Shown here piece by piece: positions 23,301 to 33,500 of a DNA stretch of 64,000 nt. The translations under genes and the position numbers were made by a program. This stretch comes from Lingula anatina (Eukaryota > Animalia > Brachiopoda). Below the pieces are notes generated by a model. That model did no database searches, had not been told where the DNA came from, and worked only from the letters and a program-made list of their open reading frames with translations. The stretch is from NCBI GenBank assembly GCA_051362555.1, contig CM120645.1, forward strand, positions 13,888,001 to 13,952,000, given 5' to 3'. The stretch's first letter is position 1, and the number at the start of each line of letters is the position of its first letter.

Positions 23301-26300
23301 GTGACAGCAGACCCCATTTTTATCCGTGCTATGCTAGAGAAATTGGACCATTTTTTTATCAATTATTTTAAGCCTTTATATCTTCAGAGAGAGTTTTTCA
23401 GGAACTACAATGTGTTAGATTGGAAATAAAGTGTACTTTCATTAAGTTTTTAAGTGCTTTTTATACAACAATTCACATATGGTATCTTACTTTTTTAGCA
23501 ATTTACAGAGTTGCATTTCAACACTAGTTTACTTACAAATCTTTTTTATTAAGAATTACAACAACAGGTTAAAAAACTTGTGCATTTGGTAAGTAAATTT
23601 GATTTTGAGCTGAAGAGTAGATATGTTAATAAAATCTAGAGATTCAGAGCTGTAGTGTGCATAAGAAGAAACAATTTATGTAAAATAATATTTGAAATGT
23701 CCTAGGAATAAAAGTTAAGCACAAGTGCTTGGATTCAATCTTTGGCACAGCATATTTTATTTCTCTTACATGTTGACTTGACTGTTCACTTAAATAGACT
23801 TTTTCATATATGTCAGTTTTACACAAGTATTGAAACAGTGATAACTGAAAGTATGCTTTTTTCAGGGTGATTTATTAAGTCTTCCAATAATAAATGTTTT
23901 CAAAATCCTGCATTGTGTCTCTCTCATTATTACATAATAACATGTATTGCATCAATCTGTAAGTGTTTATGCTGTATTTGGGACAATGCAAGGACGGAAA
24001 TTGCACAACATTAAACAAACTGAGATGATCCTGCTACCAAGTACAGTCTCAACATCATTCAAAGGTTCCACCAAGATGCGGTATGTTTTTCCAAATCCAA
24101 TCAGTCTCTCCACATGGGTGCGTTTACTGGAAATTTGACGATCATCTTTGAGTTTGGTTGGCAGGAGCTGGTTCACACCACGGACAAATGTTGGGATGTT
24201 CACCTTTATGTCATATGGTGCAGCCATGTCTTGGATATTGAATCCCTTATCAGCCATTATTGAGTCCTTGGGGTCGCACTTTTCCAGCAGATCACTGTCC
24301 TGCACAAGCAGTCTGTCACTAGCTGACCCACCATAAGATTCTGGGATGTGAGACACTACTCCCCCTGGTGTGATGCCGATTATGGTCTTCAGTGTGTTCC
24401 TGTTTTTGTAGCAGGAGTATGTCACCTTTTGAGCTGCAGGTTTCCCAGGCTTTTTGATTGGAACTTCCATCCCATCAATAATGACTCTTGTCTGGGGAAA
24501 TTTCTTCTTAAAGTCTTTAGGCATATAATAGGACACTAGCTCACGGCTTGGCCAAGAATCAAGACGAGACCACTGTCTATACATAAAGTTTATCCAAGTC
24601 ACAAATATGCAACTGACTACACACTCTGAACATCCAAATAAAAATGCAAGTTCAAAATTAGGTGGATGTCTTCTTAGTTTAATCAAAGTTATCAAAAACT
24701 GATTTTCAGTACTTAGACTAGGCCGTTTGCCCCAACGATACTGCAACCGTTCAGCCCCTGGCCCTAATGTTGACAAAACAAAAATAAAAGTGTCATAGTC
24801 TCGAAGTCCAGTATAATAAAGCATGGCATCTTTATCAAACTGTAAATCACATACTGAAAGCCGTGGCTGAGCAGCTGTCTGTGTAGAATGTTCTACATGC
24901 TGAGTCTGAGTGTCCATTTCTTCTTCAGTGTGTGAAACTTGTACCTCAGTATGTACCTCTTCTTCATAAAAAAAGGTTCCTGCATATCTGGCTCTATCTT
25001 TGATTGTTCTGATCTCTGCAAAACCCTCTCTTCTCTCCTCTGTTTCTCCTGTATTTTGTTGGCAGGTAACTTGGTCCACTCAAAAACTGACGGAACAGCT
25101 CCTTTTTTCAAGCATTTCTTCCTCCGTTCAGCTCCTATTGATAGTAAAGCAATTTTAACTTTAATGCATATTAAACTATTAGCTGAACATTTTCATGTGT
25201 ACACTATCAGCTGGTAATGATTTAAATTGTTATAAACAAATATATTATGTACAGTTTACGTTTTTTTTTAATAATTCAAAGACATGATCGCCATGAATTT
25301 ACCGGAAATAGTTTACCGGGCATAAAATGGATTGGAAATCACGATCTATTTAACTCTCCGATGAAGGCCGTGCACTCATGTATCTAACTTTACGAACAAA
25401 TATATAAACCAGTAAACTTAAACTATCTTTCGCTAGCAACATTCTTCTATGAAAGAGTGATAAAAAGCTTCACCTACCGTGATAGTTAACTCCCGCCAAG
25501 TAGTCATTTTCAGTGAAGTGAGCATGGCAGACAATAGTGTGCTGTTTAGGTTGAAATTTATCCCTCCGAATGGCTATTAACCACTTTTTCCGAAGTTCTT
25601 TGTCATCAGGAAACGATACTCCACCTCTTTTTGAACATAACGGCACACAACAACACGTAGGCATTGTGAATTATACTGATTTCTTCCACCGCATGGACAT
25701 TAACAATGACGCGAGAATGCGTGACCTTGAACGACCTACTTATGCTGAACCTGATCGGTCGTGCTGCCCTCTGTCGAGAGCACTTCTTGGCTCGGTTCCT
25801 AATTAGGTAGGATATTCATATTCTAAAAAGATATGGTTCCAGGTATAGCCTCAAGTTTCATACCGATATGCTTACCTCAAGATTGTTATTTTTAAGTCCT
25901 ATACTCCTTGCTCTCGTGGCTCTACTAATACAAGCAGCCTGTGCATACAAGTCCACAGCAATATCTGCTATCCTTTTAAGGAGCATCTGCTGGTCAATAA
26001 TATTCTGAAAATATGGACCCAGTCTTAATAATAATAATTATTATTATTATAATTTGCTGGTCATCAATGACGCTCTAAAAACATGTACCTAATTTTGATT
26101 ATAATTATTTGCTAGTCAATGGTGTTCTAAAAGAATGGACCTCATTTTGGTAATAATCATTTGGTGTTGAATGATATTCTAAAAATAAGAACATAATTTT
26201 GATAATTTTCATTAACTGGTCAATGCAGTTCTAAAAAATATACTCAATTTTAATACTTAATACTATATTTTATAATATTAGGCAATACTATCTAACCATA

Positions 26301-29300
26301 AACTATTAATCTTTCATTCACCAACAATTCGGATATACAATTCATATCACTCTCAGTCTGATACTCTAATATTAAAATAAGATTGTCATTCACAAATTAC
26401 TAATTATAATATGTTAATCATCACAATATCAAATAATATAATAATAAGTATAATTACTTTTTTGTAATGTTTAAAAAAAAAACTTATAGAGAGTACAAAA
26501 ATGTAAGCACAATAAAACAGAAGATTAGTAAATTAAATACTTACTTTAGAATAAGATGCTAATGTTGCTTTCAGCACGTTATGAAATTCTAGGGTGTCTG
26601 CCTGCATTTCCAAAGCCTCTTTCTGGCAAATATTATAAAAATCTTATAGAATACTGTATTCAATGACCCAATATTTTATATCAATTTACAATCAAACATG
26701 CTAAAAAGCCTAAAAAACTAGAGGATCAGAGAGGCGATACCGCCTCCGAATATTGTACCACCAGCTGGAGCAAGCGCATTCGTATAGACCCCCACATATA
26801 CAAAAATATAACTAAAAATGGTGCAATCAAAGTTAAGTTCATTGTAAGGTAGGTCAAAGGTCAATTTCAAGGTCACAGTAAATTGCCAGTATATGACTTC
26901 CTATCCAACTTCAATAGTAACAATGGACCTATCTCTGCCAGTTTTGGAGATAAAAGGGAAGCAAAATTTGCAAAGTTCAGTTCATGGTGAAAAGTAGGTC
27001 AAAGGTCAATTTCAAGGTCACAGTAAGATTGCCAGTATATGACTTCCTATTCAACTTCAATAGTAACTATGGACCTATCTCTGCCAGTTTTGGAGATAAA
27101 AGGGAAGCAAAATTTGCAAAGTTCAGTTCATGGTGAAAAGTAGGTCAAAGGTCAATTTCAAGGTCACATTTAGATTGCCAGTATATGACTTCCTATTCAA
27201 CTTCAATAGTAACTATGGACCTATCTCTGCCAGTTTTGGAGATAAAAGGGAAGCAAAATTTGCAAAGTTCAGTTCATGGTGATAAGTAGGTCAAAGGTCA
27301 ATTTCAAGGTCACAGTAAGATTGCCAGTATATGACTTCCTATTCAACTTCAATAGTAACTATGGACCTATCTCTGCCAGTTTTGGAGATAAAAGGGAAGC
27401 AAAATTTGCAAAGTTCAGTTCATGGTGAAAAGTAGGTCAAAGGTCAATTTCAAGGTCACATTTAGATTGCCAGTATATGACTTCCTATTCAACTTCAATA
27501 GTAACTATGGACCTATCTCTGCCAGTTTTGGAGATAAAAGGGAAGCAAAATTTGCAAAGTTCAGTTCATGGTGAAAAGAAGGTCAAAGGTCAATTTCAAG
27601 GTCACAGTAAAATTGCCAGTATATGACTTCCTATGCAAGTTCAATAGTAACTATGGACCTATCTCTGCCAGTTTTGGAGATAAAAGGGAAGCAAATTTTG
27701 CAAAGTTCAGTTCAAGGTGAAAAGTAGGTCAAAGGTCAATTTCAAGGTCACAGTAAAATTGCCAGTATATGACTTCCTATTCAAGTTCAATAGTAACTAT
27801 GGACCTATCTCTGCCAGTTTTGGAGATAAAAGGGAAGCAAAATTTGCAAAGTTCAGTTCATGGTGATAAGTAGGTCAAAGGTCAATTTCAAGGTCACAGT
27901 AAGATTGCCAGTATATGACTTCCTATTCAACTTCAATAGTAACTATGGACCTATCTCTGCCAGTTTTGGAGATAAAAGGGAAGCAAAATTTGCAAAGTTC
28001 AGTTCATGGTGAAAAGTAGGTCAAAGGTCAATGTCAAGGTCACAGTAAGATTGCCAGTATATGACTTCCTATTCAACTTCAATAGTAACTATGGACCTAT
28101 CTCTGCCAGTTTTGGAGATAAAAGGGAAGCAAAATTTGCAAAGTTCAGTTCATGACGAAAAGTAGGTCAAAGGTCAATTTCAAGGTCACAGTAAGATTGC
28201 CAGTATATGACTTCCTATTCAACTTCAATAGTAACTATGGACCTATCTCTGCCAGTTTTGGAGATAAAAGGGAAGCAAAATTTGCAAAGTTCAGTTCATG
28301 GTGAAAAGTAGGTCAAAGGTCAATTTCAAGGTCACAGTAAGATTGCCAGTACATGACTTCCTATTCAACTTCAATAGTAACTATGGACTTATCTCTGCCA
28401 GTTTTGGAGATATAAGGGACTAAATGTTATAATTTTGGAGTTACCATAATGTGCCATAAATTTCCTACAGAAAAAATTAATTAAAATAAAGAAAAGGTCA
28501 TTTTGGTCAAAGTTCTTGAAATGGGAGGTTCTCTGAAGTTGCAGAAGTTTAAATTTGATAAAATAATGTCATTTTTGACCACAAGTTGTCTGCTTTGCCA
28601 AGCATTATGTTTTATTTTGCCGGAGTTCAAAATTTATTATCCATTACCGTACTGCACATTTTTACGGAAGCCGACTGGTGCCATATGTTGAAAAAAAAAA
28701 TTATCTCGAAATTTCGAGATAGCATTTTTTTTGTTCAAATTTCAAAATACTATCTCGAAATTTCGAGATAAATTTTTTTGCTAAAATATCAAAATGCTAT
28801 CTCGAAATTTCGAGATAATTTTTTTTTTGTTCAAATTTCAAAATGCTATCTCGAAATTTCGAGATAAAAATTTTTTTTGTTCAAATTTCAAAATAGTATC
28901 TCGAAATTTCGAGATAATTTTTTTTTCTACATATGGCACCAGTCGGCTTCCGTACATTTTCCTTTCACCACCAATATGTACTTTCTGATACAGCGTAACT
29001 CGAAAACCGTATGGAATACAAAAAAACCGAGACCACCTCCAGTGTTGGGCTTTACATGCTCTACATGCTCTACCAATACCGACAAAGCCCAAATTTTACG
29101 TGGAACGAGTTGAGATTATAGGTGACCTAAATCCATGAGATGGGTACGGGGGCCCTTACCGTCTAGGAGGAGAAGCGGTAACGGTAACATGGCGGCGGAG
29201 CCGGCGGAACGGACCGGACGGGACCGAAACCATGTGTACCGCCAGCGCTAACGCTGGTGGTAAATTTTTTTGTTCAAATTTCAAAATAGTATCTCGAAAT

Positions 29301-30511
29301 TTCGAGATAATTTTTTTTTCTACATATGGCACCAGTGGGCTTCCGTACATTTTCCTTTCACCACCAATATGTACTTTTTGATACAGCGTAACTCGAAAAC
29401 CGTATGGAATACAAAAAAACCGAGACCACCTCCAGTGTTGGGCTTTACATGCTCTACAAAATGCAAAAAAGAATGGGTCTCTAGCATTAACGGTTCCCGA
29501 ATTAGAGACAGTTTTCAGTTTCGGTATCTTATGGCCGCTACTCCTGTGAAAATGCACCGATTGACCCCAAATTCACGGAGATGAAAGATGACCTGAAGGG
29601 TAACACTTTCCAATAATATTATTGGTTAAGTCTGAGTGGTGTCTGAATAACAGGGCAAAAAATTTTTTTTTCGTAAAAAATTTCATTTTTTTGAAAATTT
29701 TGGCCCATTTGACCTTGAAGTAAAGGTCAAAGGTCAAATCCGAGGGTATATTTGAAATCTACACATATGACTTTTGGAAAGCCGTCTGTAGAAATTTTTC
29801 CCGTAACTCCTTCCGTAGGGTAGATAATTAGCATTTAATTTTGCCATTTTTGGACAAGGGTGCATTGCAATGAGTGCCACACCCAGACCCCAATACCGAC
29901 AAAGCCCAAATTTTACGTGGAACGAGTTGAGATTATAGGTGACCTAAATCCATGAGATGGGTATGGGGGGCCTTACCGTCTAGGAGGAGAAGCGGTAACG
30001 GTAGCCGTCCGGCGGAGCCGCCGGAGCCGGCGGAACGATCCGGACGAGACCGAAACCATGTGTACCGCCAGCGCTAACGCTGGTGGTACAATTAACATCC
30101 GAGATGTGCTTCACAGCATTCAGACATTCTTTAAAAATGATGTTCCTTCAAGTACTAAAGCCACCAACAATTTTATTTTAATTCATTAAAATGAATAAAT
30201 ACATAAATGAGTGAATAAAAAAAGGTAGCAATTGACACGTTTGTCAAGTGTTCGGTTCTTTAAAAGAAAAAAAAAAGCATAAGTTGGGTAAATACCTTGA
30301 AAATTGGAAGCACAACCTCTTCAACTTTGAGTGTCTTGAAGTCTGGTTTAGCTTTTTTAATAAATTGTGTCAAACTGTTGAATGGATCTTTCAGGGTCTT
30401 AAAGAACCCCTGGAGATCTTTGCTGGCATGTTGTATTCCCCTTAGTGCAATGAACAGTCTCGTTACATCATTGGTGCCCTAGAGATATCAATATTACATA
30501 ATGTTTTATAT

Positions 30512-30573
<62 letters not shown>

Positions 30574-33500
30574 CTTTAGTGAAATGAAACCCAATCTTCT
30601 TCTAGAAGTGTGTGAACTGCTATCACATACATCAGTGGGATTCTTCCTTCCTCTGACTAAATTTCCTTCTTTATATGTATCAAATTAAAAAGAGTTACTG
30701 ATAAATTTACTAAGATTTGGACATAATGAATAAAAACATTCATGAGGTGTTGGCTTCTTCCTTGTTTTATGCATTCTCTAATCCTCTGCAAAAATAATTT
30801 GTCTCATTTAACATTCACTTATGCTTCTCAATCTCTTCTAGAACATTTGGTGTTTTTTTTTACAGTTCTAATGTTGTTCTGTAATGAATGTAACAGTTTG
30901 AGAACTGTTTTTGGGAAGTCTTTTAGAATGTCCTTGAACAGATTATGAACATTTTTCACTAAAAGAGAAAAACATTATATTCTAGGACAGATTGAGAACC
31001 GTAAGCAGAGGCGGATCCAGAGATATTTTCTGAGTCTTCCAAATTATCTTTGTTGATCCATCCTCCATAGTTGACCGTCTTCCGATAGAAAAAATTAGAT
31101 ACTCATCAATGTAAACTTGAAAATCTGACCCTCTTCTGGAAGACCCAGAAGACGGCCTCAATCCGCCCCTGGTAAGTGAGCGTTAAATGAGACAAGTTTT
31201 CGCAGGGGATCTCTTCCCTGAAGGTATCACTTACTGGAAATCCAGCCATCATTCTGGCATCTCTGAGGTACTGCTCATAAGGCTGGTCTCTCAGGTAACC
31301 CTCAGCTCCCAGTATATGTAAACACTCATCTACACAGGTAAACACACCTTCAGAACTGAAAATCTGAAATATCAGAATAATAGTAATTAAAAAAGAGATT
31401 AATACGGAACCACATATTTAACTACACTGTCTTTTATTCATTATTGTGCACCAGTCACTCCAATTCAGAACAATATTTTTTTAATTTTGACATTTTTTAT
31501 TCTGCTGATATAACATCTAAGGCACAAAATAGCCGTCGCTGCATGGGCCTAGCAGTCAAACCTCGGAGCAGAGATTTGATCCGTTTACAGGTGCGTGTGG
31601 AGTCTGGGAGACCATGAATCAGCGGCATGGCTTTGGAACTGTGGTCGGCCATATTTAGTCGGCAGATAAGTAAGTACTCGTAACATCCATTCTGAATGGG
31701 GCCATAGACCGAAAGTTTAATTGGGAATGAGCCCTCACCTTCAAGATGGCGGCCTCCAGGCCAGTGTCAGGCTCCTCGTAGGTGTCCATTAGTCCTGCCG
31801 TGTGATAGGTCATGCTTTCCATGGCATATATGGTTTCAGTGATCTTGGCAACCCTTTCCTGGCGAAAGACATAATTATCAACTCATAATTTCTTACACGT
31901 ATTGCACATTCTTCATGCTTGATAAAACTAGATATCAGTGAAAATATAAATGCTAATATGAGAATGGCACCCTGAGCTTCAGAGATAACTTGACACCTAC
32001 CTCTTCACTATAGCCTATCTTCATCGTGTCAAGTTACCTCTGACCACATTCGATTGCTCCCGCCGCCCGCCAATCAAATTTAAATCCCGCACTCAATGAC
32101 TCATTGAACGATCTAGCCAATGAACGCGAACGAGTCAAAGCGCGCTTTGTTCAAATCCGGACCAATCAAAGATAAGGCTGAATATCAGGGACTTGCCGTA
32201 ACCTGTGGGCAGCACGCAAAATACATCATCCCTCAGTAGATAATGATGCAGGGCCTCAAACTGCTCTGGTTTTAATTCCGATATACTCATATTTTGCAAA
32301 GAATCAAGAGATAACTTAACACATTATTTTTCGTAGTCACTCGTAGGAGACGCCATGCTTTCTTTGTGTACGGTTATGCACTCGGAACTACTCGGATGTC
32401 TCCGCACTCGACAATAACTTTGTTGTTAGTATGGAGCTTGCGGAATCAGCCGAGGATTACCGATTGACGGTCAACCAATCAGCGTTTTCACCAAACTTTG
32501 GTGAAAAATTTTGAAACTTGGATTCGATTGGCTTATATAAACTAGGTCAAACTATTTTCGTCAGAGGTAACTTGACACGATGAAGATAGGCTATAGTGAA
32601 GAGGTAGGTGTCAAGTTATCTCTGAAGCTCAGGGTGGAGAATGGGGTCATTTGTTTGAAATAAGTCCAAACATTTCTTTAAAAGTCTGCTAGGCATTTTA
32701 TCAACTAGAGGATCAGAGAGGCGATACCGCCTCCGAATATTGTACCACCAGCTGGAGCAAGCGCATTCGTATAGACCCCCACATACACAAAATAAGGGAC
32801 ACAGCCACCAGTTTTGTGCTTGACAAGCTGTAAAAATGCAATCAACAAGAATTTTTAAACTATTGCAAAAAATATATATGGTACAATCAAATTTAAGTTC
32901 TTTGTAAGATAGGTCAAGGGTCAATTTCAAGGTCACAGTAAATTGCCAGTATATGACTTCCTATTCAAGTTCAAGAGTAACTATGGACCTATCTCTGTCA
33001 AGTTTGAAGTTAAAAGAGAAAGAAATTAGCAGAGTTCACTTCATGATAAAAAGTAGGTCAAAGGTCAATTTCAAGGTCACTCTTAGTTTGCCAGTATAGG
33101 ACTTCCTATTCAAGTTCAATAGTAACTATGGACCTATCTCTGCCAGTTTTGGAGATAAAAGGGAAGCAAAATTTGAAAAATTCAGTTCATGGTGAAAAGT
33201 AGGTCAAAGGTCAATTTCAAGGTCACATTTAGATTGCCAGTATATGACTTTCTTATCAAGTTCAATAGTAACTATGGACCTATCTCTGCCAGTTTTGGAG
33301 ATAAAAGGAAAGCAAAATTTGCAAAGTTCAGTTCATGGTGATTAGTAGGTCAAAAGTCAATTTTAAGGTCACATTTAGATTGCCAGTATATGACTTCCTA
33401 TTCAAGTTCAATAGAAACTATGGACCTATCTCTGCCAGTTTTGGAGATAAAAGGGAAGCAAAATTTGCAAAGTTCAGTTCATGGTGAAAAGTAGGTCAAA

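Larger units (their letters stand above)
20909..25801. mobile_element. Autonomous-type ISL2EU (PIF/Harbinger-ISL2EU group) DNA transposon of ~4.9 kb inside an ACAD9 intron
   Basis: The ends TAATTAGGGACCGAGCCA (20905-20922) and TGGCTCGGTTCCTAATTA (25788-25805) are inverted, with one mismatch. The 2-bp TSD is AT or TA depending on where the boundary is drawn. Subterminal inverted 12-mer CGATCAGGTTCA (20949-20960 / 25746-25757). Two convergent genes, a YqaJ exonuclease and a THAP-DDE_Tnp_4 transposase, match the established ISL2EU architecture. Confidence 0.9.
26718..30094 (-). mobile_element. Non-autonomous Helentron (HINE/DINE-1-like), copy B, with eleven ~146-bp tandem units, a nested IS3EU-like MITE and a duplicated head
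   Basis: On the - strand: 5' TAATTGTACCACCAGC subTIR within a hairpin, a GC microsatellite, an internal tandem array, the inverted subTIR GCTGGTGGTACAAT, the palindrome GAGGCGGTATCGCCTC and terminal CTAG followed by TT. No TSD. Located in an ACAD9 intron. Confidence 0.8.

Noticed and set aside
22086-23429. YqaJ exonuclease as a phage or bacterial contaminant or prophage
   Set aside because: It has GT-AG introns and lies inside TIRs with a eukaryotic THAP transposase, within a host intron.
28700-28920. Regularly spaced palindromic repeats resembling a CRISPR array
   Set aside because: The spacers are near-identical A/T tracts rather than unique sequences. The array lies within MITE TIRs in animal DNA, and there are no cas genes.
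28503-29584. Repeated ORFs ([10 protein letters not shown]..., [10 protein letters not shown]...), also at 33956-34222 and 51239-52745
   Set aside because: Chance ORFs in non-coding Helentron and MITE repeats; no Rep or helicase motifs.
30340-30365. Possible frameshift at an A6 run in an ACAD9 exon
   Set aside because: On recount the frame is intact ([10 protein letters not shown]...VVLPIFK).
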